This document shows positions 1 to 13,861 of a stretch of 64,000 nt of DNA, in pieces. Made by a program: the position numbers and the translations under genes. The notes under the pieces are model-generated. The model was not told the DNA's origin. It was given only the letters and a program-made list of their open reading frames with translations, and made no database searches. Position 1 is the stretch's first letter. Every line of letters starts with the position of its first letter. The stretch lies in assembly GCA_951406725.2 (NCBI GenBank), contig OX597827.1:51398001-51462000 (forward strand). The letters run 5' to 3'. Source of the stretch: Octopus vulgaris. Taxonomy: Eukaryota.

Positions 1-321
1 CACCAGGCATTGGTCAACATATAGTTGTATAAGTCAACTGCAGCCAACAGTGACCTTTTCTGTAGGTAGGTTTGTGTGTGTGGTGTGTGTGTATAAATAT
101 TATTAAACTGAAAAGAGATGAAGATTGGCAACATGAAGGGCATCTAACCATAGGAAAGCTACTTCAAAACAATCTAACCTGTGCAAGCACAAGAAAGTGG
201 ATGTAAAAACTATAATGATGATGAAAGGTACATGTATCTATCTATCTATAAATATATATATATATACACACAACATTATATAAAAGACAAGAAAACAAGA
301 AATTATTTTATGAACTTCATT

Positions 322-370
322 AACTTACAACTGTTTCTGCTATGAGATGCAATGCACTCATCAGAGCTTT
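322..370 (-). ncRNA. Degenerate minimal type I hammerhead ribozyme motif (Penelope-associated)
   Basis: Minus strand reads AAAGCT-CTGATGA-GTGC...GCA-GAAA-CAGTTG-TA-AGTT: core boxes, near-palindromic stem III and GUA site. The stem II closing pair is damaged. Confidence 0.5.
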
Positions 371-779
371 GAAAATGAAGTGCAATTTTATTTGGGAAAG
401 CATTTATTTATTTAGAGGACTTCATGAAAATGTAATGTAGTATTGAGTTTGAAAGGGAAAATGTTGTACTTGACTAATGTTTTTCTCTGAAGCATGTATA
501 TATTGAGTTCTAATACCAGGTTATTGGTATTACTATGTCTAAGCATATGTATGTACACACACATACCTGTTTTGGAATAATACTTCTCAAAATACATCAC
601 ACAGTTATAAAACCCTTTTGGGATAGAAAGGTTGAAAGCTGCCCATGGGACTTGAATCCACATCTCCTGTATGTATGTATTTCTATATTTTTATATATGT
701 GTGTGTATTTATATATTTATATGTGTGTGTGTATGTATATATATATATATGTGTGTGTGTGTGTATATATATCAACCAG

Positions 780-3450
780 CATCCAGATGGTCTTCTTGTG
801 TCCAGAGATCAGCTTACCAAGTTTCTCCTGTTCCCTCTGTATTGGGTTGCATGCATACAATCAACCAGGCTCTTGTTTGCTGTCCCTCATTTCATGTTGT
901 CAGTTCACAAACTTCTTTGATGACCTCTTACTCTCTTCTCCTCACATTTCCTGTCAGGGTTATCTTAGAATGTGACTCCTGGAACATTGCATGTTCAAAA
1001 TATGATAGCTTTGTGGACTTGATTCTCAACAAACAATAGATATCTTTAGATTTTCAGCATTTCCAGTATTGCAGCATTTGTTACCCTGTCTTTCTAGTTT
1101 ATCCTGCCATATCTGCAAAAGATCTACTTTTCGAAGGTTTCTATTTTTTTCTTCATAGCTATGTGCATTGCCCAAGTTTCTGCCCTTTGAAGGACAGTTG
1201 GCATGGTATAACACTTTCCTAGCTTCAGTTTTTTTTTTTGTTACCTTATTTATTCATTGAGTAACTTCTACAAAGCAACCTTTGATTTATTGTTTGTCTT
1301 AGAGGCTTGAAGCTTTTTTTATTTGCTCAAGCTTCTGTTTGTTCTGTCTTGCTAATAACCATTGTTTTTGTCTTTTTTTACATCTATATTTAGACCGTTC
1401 TTATCACTTTGCTCTTTTACATCAGTAATTTCTAGTAATTTCTCATTGCTTTCTGACAAATAATGCTGTCATTAGATTATGTTCATGTCATTGACTATGA
1501 GTCCTTTGATCTCATATGACTTTGAGTATATACTCAGTACAAATATTGAATAGGAATAGTGATAATACACATCCTTGTCTTACACCCCTTTTGATCTCTG
1601 CTGGTTCTAACAATTCCTGGTCTATTTTGATGGCTGTCTGTTGGCTCCAGTATAACACACAGATGATTCTGATGTCTTTTCCTTTAAAACTGTTTCTTTT
1701 TTTTTAGAAGCAATGAGCTCTCTGTGGTGTATGCAGTCAAATACCTTGGCATAATCTATGAAGTGAGCAAACAGATCTTTCTGAATTTGCATTTGTTTTT
1801 GTACATAACTGCTGAAGCAGAATGTGGCACCTCTTGTACCTTTATTGAGTTTAAGTCCAATTTGCTCCTTATTGACTTCATTTATTTTGCTTTATATTTT
1901 CCCTAGCATGATAGTAAGAAATATTTTAAGAGCACGAGGTATGAGACTTATAGACTTGGAGTTAGAACACTCATTTGCCTTAAGTTCTTTCAGGTGGGGT
2001 GATAAATACCAAAGTTTTAAAATCTTAGGGGAAGTGTCCAGTGTCATAGATGTCATAGAAAAGAAAAGGTCTGTGAGTTTGTCAATGCCATAATTTTCTA
2101 GTGCTTCTAACATCTCACATGTTACTCTATGTGGTCCTGGAGCTTTACCTTTTCTCAGTCTTCAAAATCTTTAATTCATTAAGGCTGGAGGTGAAGGTTT
2201 TTCAGGTTTTTCATCCTCAAATATTTCTCCTATTTATTCTGTCCATCTTTTACTAATCTTATTTTCAAAAAACAGTTTTCCTTTGCTTTTAATATATCCC
2301 CCTTTTGTGTTTTACTACCTATTACTTATTTGATAGTTTTATTCATTTAATTGTTTGTTTGTTTTTTAAGAGTCTTGATTTCAACACATTTTCCTTTCTG
2401 CCATTTTTTTTCTCTTCCCTATATTTAATTTTGATGATTTCATTTATGTTTCTGGAGATTAGTGTTCTCTGTCTTTTTTTGCATTCTAATGTTCGAGAAT
2501 TTCTCCAGCCATCCATTGCTGTCTTTTTTTTTACCTCTAGTAATGTATTTACCCCATACTTCACACTGTCTCTGAGATTTTCCCATTTGACATCAGTTTT
2601 TCCATTAGGTGTTTCTTGAAGACATTTTCCAAACCTTCAGTTCCTGAACAGTTCATATTTGTTTGTTTTTTTTACTTCAGTGGTATATCTGTTTCACATC
2701 TTCTAGTCTCAGACAGTCAATATCATAAACCTTCTTTGCTCTAGTTTCTTTGCCCATGCAATTTTCAAGCTTTATGCTGATGTTTGCAATAACAAGGTTG
2801 TGATCCAAAAAAGATGTCCACGCTTGGGTATGTTTTGCTCTTTTTGATATTGTTACAGAATTGGCTACTTATCAAGTATGTAATCAATTTGCTTTCTTCC
2901 TACACAGTGAGGGCTTTCCAAGTGTATCTTTTCCTTGCCAGAAGATCAAACATAATGTTTGCAATACACATTTTGTATCTTTTGCATATTGTATCTCTCT
3001 CATTTCTTTTGTCTGGTTCATAATTTCCTGTCAGAAAAGTTTATTTTCCTGAGTCAGTCTAACTTAGCCTTGAAATCTCCTATAGTCAGTAAAATATTAG
3101 TGCCGGGTTGATTGTTTGATAAAACTCTTTCACTTGTTCATCTGAGTGTGCTGTTGTGGGTGGGGCATAGACTTTTAAAATAGCTATTTTGAAAAACTTT
3201 GCTTGATTTTTCATTAACTGGCCTTGTACAAATTTTCTCAATTTTTCATGCATCAACACTTCTATCCCATGTTCATGTTTTACATCTGCATGTTGGAAAT
3301 CATAATATTCACTTTTGTTATAGCTGTCTCCTACCCATTTTGTTTCTGATATGCTCATGAAATCTGTACTAAGGACATCACCTTCCTGGATTAAATTAAC
3401 TAAATTTTCTTTCTGAATCAAAGTTCTGATATACATGTGCCTATTCTAAA
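780..3450 (-). mobile_element. Decayed near-full-length RTE-clade LINE (APE endonuclease + RT)
   Basis: Minus-frame fragments ISETKW...ILKVYAPPT...VKEFY (APE), LEALENYGIDKL...ANECSNSKSISL, EIKRGVRQGCVL (RT), KLSYFEH (C-terminus); many stops and frameshifts. Confidence 0.85.
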
Positions 3451-4055
3451 ACTCCTCTTACAAAATTTCATATATGCCTCCCCTTATGAAGTGTCACTTC
3501 CTTGTAATTTTGAACAAAATTATCTACCGAGGTCCCAGATTCCTTTGTATTACTGGTCTGCTTTTATTTGGTTCAGTATTGGTATTTCTTTGGGATAAAA
3601 TACAATGGGGTCCCAATCCCTTTCACAATGACTGGCCAAAGTCATTTTCTGTGACTTGACATGTCCTGTCTTATGGCATATCCCATTTGCTACAGTCACA
3701 TATTCAAAGCCAATGACCTATTTTGTTCATTTGCATTCTCTGCTCTTCCAGGTTTTATGTAATTAGGGACTGACATTATCACTCTCATGTATGGCCCTTG
3801 ATTTCAGTTTTGTGGTTTAGTTGTCTAGTTGAAACCAGGAATCAAGTTGTGACCACTATCATATACTGCAGCATCTGTCAAGGTATACTTGAACTCTGTG
3901 TGTGTGTGTGTATAAATATATGTATCTATGGCTATGTATATGTAAATACACACACATATTGCGGACAAGAAAGTAAACTTTGAACACAGTAAAGCTATAA
4001 GAACAGCAGAGAAAGACTGGGTATTTACCCTTATAAAATGGAAAAAAGTCGTTAG

Positions 4056-4130
4056 GAGACAGCTATGGGGTTGAACCTGTACCCCTCAGATACCAGCTGA
4101 GTGCTTTAACCATTAAACTAAATGGCTGTC
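4056..4130 (-). repeat. tRNA-like SINE head (not an intact tRNA)
   Basis: TAGTTTAATGGTTAAAGC A-box/D-arm, CTCAG-CTGGTAT-CTGAG anticodon arm, GGTTCAA B-box; T-stem and acceptor stem pair poorly. Confidence 0.55.
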
Positions 4131-4619
4131 TACTCTTTAGATGACCATGACCATCACTGACATATGTCAGCAATACCCATGCAAGAGCTTGAAGTTGAGT
4201 GTGGTTTGCCTGCACCACAACTCTGACTAGCAATACTAAGAAGCCCAGAGAGCAGCAAAGTGCAAGATATCAAGCTTAGTAGAGCAGCGAGTTTTATATA
4301 CACATTAGGTTTCTCCTAGAGGGATGCCTTATTAAGACCAAGAGTCCCTTCCTCCATATAGGCTTCACCACCCTAAGTATTTCTATGTCCCAGTGCTCAT
4401 ATACTAGTTAAGCTGGGACCATGACAGGTGCTACTACTCAGGATCAGAGTAGACCTGGAAACATTAGTGGCCTTGAGGTAGTTTCACACACCCCACAATC
4501 TTGCAACCCCTGAACCAGAGTCCCGCTACCGGATGCAATTTAAAGTCATACCGAGGACAATACATATACACACATGAATAATCTTATCATTAATTGAATC
4601 CAGGATAACTTAACTAACA

Positions 4620-5225
4620 TTACCTTATTCACTTTTGGTACGATTTATAAGTTTACATTTAGAGTCAGCTAAAAAATTCAATTTGTGATCTTATCAAGTT
4701 TTGGGAAAAGGTCAGGGAGCTAAACATTCAACCCTATCATATATTTCACTTACACTAATTGCTTCACTTGGTTATTTGTGTTAGGATTTGTGTTATTTGT
4801 GTAATGTGTGTTAGGATTAGTTCTTTTTTAATAAGTTTTGATAATATTATGAGGCTGAGAAATTCCTTTAGAATTTCTCAGCCTCATAAGTGTTTTGTTT
4901 TGTCTGGAAGTACTTATAGTTTACTAGTATCATAAAAATGCTTTAGATCATTTATTAGTGTGTACTGGAAGGTGTTGGAAAATTTTCTAAACTTTACCTT
5001 CCTTGTCAGCTTCAGCAGATCATTTTCAAGAGCTTTTAAACTGTGGTGAGCATTTTCTTGTTTTAAGTCCACATTTATTGTCAGATAAATTCTCATGAGG
5101 TCCTTTTTCTAAGAAAGAGATTTTCCAGTGTGTGTGTGCTTGATTAGGTGTTCATTTTTTTCTCTATAAGCTTTTTAATAATGTCCAGTTTCCTTGGTGT
5201 CATCAGGGTATTCATCAGGATATTG
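4620..5225 (-). mobile_element. Penelope-like element fragment (region N-terminal to RT)
   Basis: LKALENDLLKLTRKVKFRKFSNTFQYTLINDL...PDKT resembles the PLE FExDL...FR...NxFQ...ADKT region. Confidence 0.55.
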
Positions 5226-5326
5226 CTCCATGCCAGTGCTCAACTTTGTAGATGGAACTCATCAACTGAGGAGGGAATATTAGGTTTGGTGATATATTCA
5301 AGGAAATAGAACTCAAAACATGAGTG

Positions 5327-5364
<38 letters not shown>

Positions 5365-5401
5365 TGTACATATGCACATACACACATGTATATGTTTCAA
5401 A

Positions 5402-5572
5402 TTTTGGCACAAGGCCAGCAATTTCAGGGAGTTGGGTAATTTGATTACATCAACCCCAGTGTTCAACTGGTACTTATTTCATTGTTCCCGAAAGGATGAA
5501 AGGTGAAGTTGACCTTGGCGGAATTTGAACTCAGAATGTAAAGGCAGGCAAAATGCTGCTAACCATTTTGTC
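5402..5572 (-). mobile_element. tRNA-derived SINE, family B
   Basis: Reverse complement of the GAGTTCAAATTCCGCC...CCTTTCATCCTTTCGGG...AAGTACCAG consensus seen in other copies in this window. Confidence 0.8.
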
Positions 5573-6387
5573 CACACATATGTTAGTATATACATATATG
5601 TATACACATATACACACACACACAGTAACTGTATTAGTTTGACACACATATATATATACATGTATTATACATATACATTCATGAATGTATGTATACATAT
5701 ATATGTATATAAAGATACTCACATAAACAGAAATATATATATGACATCATAATCATCAACATTGTTTTTAATGTCCACTTTTCCATGCATGCATGAGTCT
5801 TATGAAGTTTATTGAGGCAGATTGTCTATGCCTCTCTTGTCACCTACTTTCACTTGTTTCCAAGCAAGGTAATATTTCTCTATGGCTAGACATGTTCTTG
5901 CAGAATATTGGAACTGAAAGTCACTTTTTTTAAATCAATGTCACCCATTCACAGCTGTCAAACAATGTCAAGCCATGTAGATTCAAACATACATACATAC
6001 ATCATAAACACACACACATAAATTTATTTATGTATGTATGGCAAACTTCTTCTAGTTTTCTCTCTACAAAATCCACTCATGGGTCGTTGGTTGACCCAGG
6101 GCTGTAGCAGAAGACACATTTGCAAGTTGCCTTGCAGTGGGGATGAACACAAAACCATGTTGTTTAGGAAGCAAGCTTCTTAAATTGCATGGCGATGCTT
6201 CTGTGTGTGTTATATGTATGTACATATATATCCTTATATATGGATTTGGATATATGTATTATTGTTTGCGTTTGTGTGCACAGGCACAAGCCAGCAAACA
6301 ATTTCTTTACAGGGAGTGTGACATCATCACTGCCTACACTTCAGTGATTTTCACAGCTAAATGTAAACAAAGTCACTGACGTACACA

Positions 6388-6419
<32 letters not shown>

Positions 6420-6573
6420 ATAAATTTATAGGATGGGATTCTTTCAAGGTTTTGGGTGGCTGGGAATGTAGCAGAAATCACATGCCCAAAGTCCCACATG
6501 GTAGAACTGAAAGTATGTGCATGGGAAGCAGACTTCTTAATACAACTAAGATTGTGCCTTATACATTCATAAA

Positions 6574-6619
<46 letters not shown>

Positions 6620-6694
6620 CATATATGCATATAATATATGTGTGTGTGTGTGTGTACATATATATATATATATATACTCATATATATCTATACA

Positions 6695-6726
<32 letters not shown>

Positions 6727-8012
6727 CATACATACACGTGTATTTGAGTGTGTGTGTGTGTGTACATGTATGAGTGTATTTGAGTATTTATATAGTTAAT
6801 AATATTATAACGAAATATGTCTTTTGGATTTTCTGGGCTGGATCTTCAGCCTTGCTCTTCAGTTCTTTCAACATATGACCTCACATAATTGAACCATCAA
6901 AGGACATTCTGGGCCCAACCTGCATCCCAAATAGCAATGAGCTCTGTTAATTAAAAATTCTTTCTATATTTCAGATGGTAGAGTGATGTATATAGATACA
7001 TACATAAATGTGTGTCTGTGTGATTTTATGTACGTACATACACATGAATACACCTATACACATACATACATTCAGAAATGTATGTACCCCTTCTCCTCAA
7101 CTTATAATTGAAACCTTTTATTATATACTAGCAGAGATACCCGGCGTTGCCCATGACTGAGTTCCTTTCTAACTGACAGGTTATAAGCTGATCTGGTCCT
7201 CTGTTGGGCTTATATTTTCAACACTATTTTCATTCAAAGGCAACTGATGCTTGAAAGTGACTGAGCAAGAGACAGTGGCAGACAGCGGATACCTGGCTCT
7301 GAGGGAGGTCTGTGTTGTCATATGCTGCCATAGTTATTGTACTCATGGTTACCCAATGTCCAAAAATCGACTTTTTATTTATTTTTTCAGTTTTGTGGTT
7401 GTAAATCACCTAGGCTGTAAGTTGAGGAGAAGGTGTATATGTTTATATTTATATAGATACCTATGTGTGTGTGTCTATGTTTATGTAAATACATATATGT
7501 TTATATAATGATGTGAGTTTATATGTATGCCCTTTACCCATCACATACTGACCAAATGGCATTTTCAAGTACCTGTCATGCCTTTCATTTACTCAAATAA
7601 TCATATATTTATTTACATAATCATTTATCTATTTACTTTATATATTTATTTTATTTTCATTTTAATTAGGTTTGCCACATCCCACCAATTGCAGTGGTTC
7701 CACTCCTTTGTGGCTTCACCCCCTCCACCGCCGCTATCTTTTTTATTTCATTCTTAGCTGGGAATTAATCTAGCTTTACTACTCTATATAATATTACTTT
7801 CACCAACCAATTGTCCACACTCACAAATAACCATCAGCTGGCCTTCTCCAAACCCACTTGAATACAATATATATTAAGTGAAATCATCACATCTTTACTC
7901 TATGATAAATCTTCATGATTGCAAGAGAACTAGACCTGTAATAGTTACTTATGAATTTGTGTGTGTGTATGTGTATGTATGTATATATGTTCGGGAATGG
8001 AGCAGATAAAAT

Positions 8013-8100
8013 CCATGCTACATGTTTCATAGCTAGCAGAGCCTCAGAAGTAGTAATTATCTAAACGAGGGGTAATCCGCTGGCTACTCATCAGGCCAAA
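8013..8100 (-). ncRNA. Minimal hammerhead ribozyme motif with long stem II
   Basis: GGC-CTGATGA-GTAGCCAGCGG...CTGCTAGCTAT-GAAA-CATG-TA-GC; palindromic stem III ACATGT; weak stem I. Confidence 0.55.
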
Positions 8101-9194
8101 GATACCTTAATCAAAAAAGTTAACATTGTCATCAAGGGATCCCATATTGACTTGTGGGAGGTTCAATTGAAAATGCATATATATATATAATATATAATGT
8201 GTGTGTATATATGGTTATATAAATATATATATATGATAATGCTTATTATATATATATATATTATAATATGAATATATTTATATAAAGGCATATGTATGAG
8301 TATGCATATAGTTATATAAATGCATTTCTATCTGTGTGTGTATGTGTATATATATATGTATGTATACTTATACATGTATAGTTTGCATGTTATTCATTGC
8401 TTTAAATAGAATTTCAGTACACTGGAATATACTTCTAAATGGCCTTGGTATGCATACATAATTATTTTGCAGAAGAAAACATGAACAGTAGAAATTTATT
8501 ACAAATTTTTATTGAATAAACTATTTGATACAAATAATCCCTATGTATCTCATGTCACAAAATAAATAGTCAAGTATTATTTTAATATGACTTGTTATAA
8601 CTTATTTTCTGTAACAATAAAAATACATTATAGATAGATATCTTAGTTTTATTGCATTATTTCTTATGGGAAAGTTCTGATAAATCTACATCACACTTTA
8701 GGTAAGAGTTATTGCCTTAAATGTTATATTGTCACCAATAATAAATTCATAACCTTAATATGAAATGATCTTCAAAATTGCTTTGTGTAATCTTTTTGAT
8801 CTCCAAATTGCTGTTACATGTATTTTTTTCTTGGGTGAGTTTCTCAATATTTCTAATAAAATATTAAAAGCAAACATTCTTTATTATAATTTGGAGCTTT
8901 AACTCAGAAATATGATGGAAGTATGTTTTTACGGAAGTATCATCATATACAATTATTTTGTAAGATCAAAAGAGTTATACAGAATCACTGCCTGCATATC
9001 CAAGCAATGACAAAACTTAAACAGTTATTTTCATAATTGCTAAACCAACTTTTTTGTACTCATAAGATTTAAGATACCTTTAATATTATTTAATTATTAT
9101 TAGAACTAAATAGTAACCAGAACTGAAGAAAATATCAGTGAAGCTGATTCAAGAAAAGGATAAATTTGGGTTCTAATAATATTTGAGTCTTGTA

Positions 9195-9508
9195 AAGAAT
9201 AAAGGGTAGAGACCCCTTTCAGTCATGAATAATCATGGGATTGCACCTAGAAAGTTTCCCTCTGAGGTGCAAGTCCGAGCAAGGTTGTTTGTGAAAGACC
9301 ATGCATCCCAGTCTCCCCTCTCCATACCACTGAAGGCCAATACAACTTGGCACCAGTGTTGTTGTAACTCATTTCTACAGCTGAGTGAACTGAAGCAATG
9401 TGAAATAAAGTGGCTTGCTCAAGAGCACAACACACAACCTGATCCAGGAATCAAACTCAGAACCACACAATTGTAAGCCCAATGCTCTAACCACTAAGCC
9501 ATGTGCTT
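9195..9508 (-). mobile_element. tRNA-derived SINE, family C
   Basis: TGGCTTAGTGGTTAGAGC A-box, GAGTTTGATTCC B-box, CTTGAGCAAG..ACTTTATTTCACATTG core shared with the 29818 copy. Confidence 0.75.
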
Positions 9509-11481
9509 TCTTGAGTCTTGTACCTTATTAAAATTAACATAAATTGTAAAACAATAATACTTCAATATTAAGTACCAGTTGTATACTGGTTGGTGTAATC
9601 AACTGGCCCCCTCCCCCCAAATTTCGGGCCTTGTGCCTAGAGTAAAAAATTTAAAAAAAGCTATCAAGAATGTCTCTTTATCTGTTAGTTTTAAAGTTTC
9701 TGCTACAATTATCGCATTTTAGTTTCATTTTCACTTTTTTTATATGAATTAAAATTTTTTACCCTCTCTTTTCAAAGTCCTAAGATATTTATATCTTGCA
9801 CCGTGTTGCCAACCCTCCTTTTGCCAAAGAATATTTTAGAGTTGTTTGCTATGAACATTTTAGATTTTATCAAAATTTCTACATAAATTTCAGCAAGAGA
9901 TACCAAATAAATGCTGTTTATGATACTACAATATTTTGTTCACTTGTGAATTTATATATGTGTTAGAAAAGATTATCAAGATGGACAACAAAGGTATTCA
10001 GGTGTTACTTAACAAATATTTAATAGCTTTGATATTTTGGTTAAAAAAACAACACTTTATGAAGGTATAAGAAAACTAAATGAGAAGGAAAAATTTAATA
10101 TAGTTTTATTGAAAACAGTTTAATCATACTTTTACTTGATAAATGTTACAATTTGTGTTTCAAGCTTCATGAACATGTTGCTTATCCTGTTTTGAACAAT
10201 GTCTACAAAATTACTTTTTCACATTTCCTAGCCAACAATGTGTTTGTAGCACTAGAAATGCTACATGGAAAAGTATATTTTAAAAAATCTGTTTCTATAT
10301 TTTGTCTGGTTCCAGAAAACTCATTGATATTTACTGCATAGCAATAGATGATATTGTAAGAGAACAGGATTAGAGGTAGTGAAAGTTGTAGGGTTGTGGG
10401 ATGTTGTCTCACAGTTGCTGACAGTAAATTTCATTTCTCTCGCTGACCATTGTCTTAGTAGCTGCATTCATTGTAATCATGATTCTAGCAGTCCGTTCCC
10501 TAACTAACTGAGTCATCACGAGCTGCCTTGCTCTGTTGTCGTCAAGTGACTATTTGGTTGAGTCGTCACCAAGTGACTGAACTAACTTTTTGCTTGGAGT
10601 TTATGCTCTTATAACTATCCAGAAGGATAGACATATCATTGAGAACAATAGATTTAGTTGGTGGTCTTGTTATCTCTATTCTAGCATTTGGTAGAGTAGA
10701 AGAGGTTAGAAAGGGTCAAGTGGTGAAGACATTATTTAAGGCAATTTGGTGAATGTCAAATTGCTGTCACAGAAAAACAATTGTTCCACTGTGGGACAAG
10801 TTCTGTTGCAGTCTTAATTTAAATTTGGCTATGGTGGATCATATCCACTTCATGCTTGCAAGATCCTACATATGTAATAAAACAGCATGCCAAGAGTTGC
10901 CTAAAGCAATTATGAAACGTTTTTTAATCAGTCAGTATAAGAAATTTCCATAGCAACTAAATATGACAGATCTTCTGTTAGCTTTGGTGGTGAGCATTCA
11001 GTTGTTTGATTAGCAAAAGTAGAACTATTGAATTAACTTGTAATTAACTAATTGTGACTAATGTTATTTTAAGTCCAAATCAGTGTGCCTTTATATGTCA
11101 AAAAACCTTTGAATTACAGATCCAATAATCCCGATGGACTTCCACACCTTTTTCATCTATTCACTTTTACTCACACGGTTTGGGTTGACTCAGATCTATT
11201 GTCTAAACATGCAACTCATTGGAATTGAATCTGGGACTTCATGACTCTGAAACAAACTTCTCTCCCTAGGTGTCCACAATTAACTGAATAATCTTTTCTC
11301 TCATGTATGTTGCTGCAATCTGTGAACTTTTCTGCTTCATACCTGGCATCCTTTAATTTAACATACCTTCTCAAAAAAGCTCTCTTCACAATATGAGTGG
11401 AGTCTTTAATTACATCTATAATAATGGTAAAATATTTTGAAGTGACCTTGTTTCCAAAATATGTTGCTTTATTGGATTAAC

Positions 11482-11746
11482 TCTTTAGCATTCAGGTTAC
11501 TCTGTTGTCAAATGTAATGCTTATTTATTCACATTGTTTTGACTTAATCATGCATTATCTCATGCCTTTGGAATTTTGATGGGATTGTTTATTTTTATAA
11601 TAGAAGACACTTGCCCAAGGTGCCATGCAGTTGGACTGAACCTGGAACCATGTAGTTGGGAAGGAAGCAGGATAGGGGTGAAAGTCTGGATCTGGCCAGT
11701 TTGAACATATTTGGGCTGGATATGGCTGGTTTAAATGCAAAAGAGT
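11482..11746. mobile_element. TTAA-flanked piggyBac-type MITE with nested SINE-A fragment
   Basis: TTAA-CTCTTTAGCATT ... AATGCAAAAGAG-TTAA; same family as 50797-51003; SINE-A piece at ~11600-11660. Confidence 0.7.
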
Positions 11747-12370
11747 TAAACTAATTCTGTTATCCAAGAGATGTGTAGTGAACTTGAATGTGTTCACCAT
11801 TTATTCTGGTATTCTTTCAACTGTTGTACGTGATCTTGTAGGAGAGAGACGGTTGTTGTTGAGAGAGAAATAAAGGACAACATATTTTACAGTAATATAA
11901 GCCTTTTCATGAAATCTGCAGTTAAATCTTTGAGAATAAGATCTCATCTTCTCTGCAGTTCTGTTGGATGTAAGATGTTTCCATTGTTTGGATCTTTGAG
12001 TTTATCTGATTCATTAAATGCTAAATCATGTTCCCATTCTATCACTAAGTCTTACCTGTTTCCAAGCAAGGTGATATTTTCTCATGTCCAGACATGTTTT
12101 CATAGAATATTGAAAATGAATAGCATTTATTTACAACAAACATGCAATATCAAGAAGACAAGGAGATACAAGCATACATATTCACACACAACATATACAC
12201 ACTGTAACCATATCAATAGGAGATATGGTAATAACTCAAACCAACAGAACTATAATAATTATGCTTTTTTAGACCCTGTTCACAGGATCTGAGATACTCC
12301 TGAGTACCAAACAAACAGAAGTCAAAAGTAATAAAAATTATAAATTTGCCAAAGAAAATGTTAACAGTAA

Positions 12371-12762
12371 GTGCAGGTATGGCTGTGTGATAAGAAGCTT
12401 CCTTCCCAACTACATGGTTCCAGGTTCAGTCCAACTGTATGGCACCTTGGGCAAGTGTCTTCTATTATTGCCTTGGGCCGACCAAAGCCTTGTGAATAGA
12501 TTTGGTAGATGGAAACTGAAAGAAGCTTGTCATATATATATATATATGTGTGTCTTTGTCGGTGGTTGCCCCTCAGTACTGCTTGACAACTGGTGTTGGT
12601 GCGTTTAGATCCCTGTAACTTAGTCTATCAGTCTCTTTTGCTGAACCACTAAGTACCATGCCTAACAAAAAATAAGATCTGGTGTTGAGTCATTCGACTA
12701 AAAGTTCTTCAAAGCAGTGCCCCAGCATGGCCAGTTTAATGACTGAAACAAGTAAAGGATAA
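12371..12762 (+). mobile_element. tRNA-derived SINE, family A (older copy)
   Basis: Matches other copies: ACCTTGGGCAAGTGTCTTCT...CCAGCATGGCC...GACTGAAACAAGTAAA. Confidence 0.85.
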
Positions 12763-12789
12763 AATATAAAGAAAAAAGTGCAGCAAATT

Positions 12790-13465
12790 ACAGTACTCTC
12801 TAAAGGACTCAAATTTACACCAAACTCTCAAAGATCCAATTACAGTAAAATGAAAGATAATATTTCAGAATTCTGCAGAAAATAATGATTCACAGAAGAG
12901 CTATGATAAGAATAATGAAGACTAATCAAAGGTAAGAAACAACTGCAACCTTACTTCACCAAACATTGATGATTTCAGTAAATCCATTTTAGATTATCCA
13001 TGTGGATACACATGCAAACAAATCCCTAAGTCAAACTTTAACAAGAGTTACATAAACAAATTAAAAAAGGATGAAGAACAATTAAAGAGGCTAATAAATC
13101 AAAAGCAGTAGTCTTGATTGAATCAGAATTCTACAAAAATCTTCTATCAATATTAGAAGACAAAACTCTATGAAAAGGCCCCAAACCATAATCAAAAAGT
13201 GATCATGAGAAACCTTAGAATATTAAAAAACTTATACTAAAAGGGACTCTTTGACAATATGGCTATATTATAGATATTAAATGTAAATCTAGCCTCTCCT
13301 ACAGCATATCAAATTTTCACAAATGTGCAGAAATAAGGAACCAGACATACATCAATGTCCCCTAGCCAAATGACTTGGAATTAAGACCGATAGTAAATGG
13401 TCCAGTGTGTGAAACTCGCTGTCTGAATAACTTTTTAGACATCCTCCTCAGGCCATTCCTTAAAA
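12790..13465 (+). mobile_element. Penelope-like RT fragment, decayed
   Basis: LSKGLKFTPN, IKEANKSKAVV and LRPIVNGPVCETRCLNNFLDILLRPFL motifs. Confidence 0.75.
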
Positions 13466-13473
13466 AAATTTGA

Positions 13474-13830
13474 GGAGACTTGACAAGCCTGGACTTTTTC
13501 TTGTGGGGATACCTGAAAGAGAGGGTTTACATCAGCAAACCAGAGACCCTGGTGCAACTGAAGGAGAACTTCAATAGAGAAATCAGAGAAGAGGGGTTTG
13601 AAACACTTGAGGGTGTTATGGTGCAAGTTTTGGAAGGAGCAAGGGCATGCGAAGCTGAAAATGGCTGTCATTTTTCATATGTGATGTAGTGGTGTTCTAA
13701 AATTTGACTTGTGCATATTAATTTCCATTATGTCCTTTATATTGTATCAAAATATCATGCATTTATATGTAACTTTAAGGAAGTTATTAAAAATTGAAAC
13801 CCATCAGTGACTTTTGGGACATTGTGTGTA
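13474..13830 (+). mobile_element. Tc1/mariner transposase 3' fragment
   Basis: DLTSLDFFLWGYLKERVYISKPETLVQLK; decayed right TIR TTTTGGGACA. Confidence 0.8.
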
Positions 13831-13861
13831 TATATATATTTCTAAATTGTTTTTTTTTTTT

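Noticed and set aside
4056-4130. tRNA-Thr(GGT) gene
   Set aside because: T-stem and acceptor stem do not pair properly and a related fragment occurs near 640; better explained as a SINE head
5175-5225. Hammerhead-like CTGATGA..GAAACTGGAC 5' of the PLE fragment
   Set aside because: UH site and stems are lost; too degenerate to call
10354-10720. Possible solo LTR or enhancer with TGAGTCA motifs
   Set aside because: No second copy, clear termini or TSD visible
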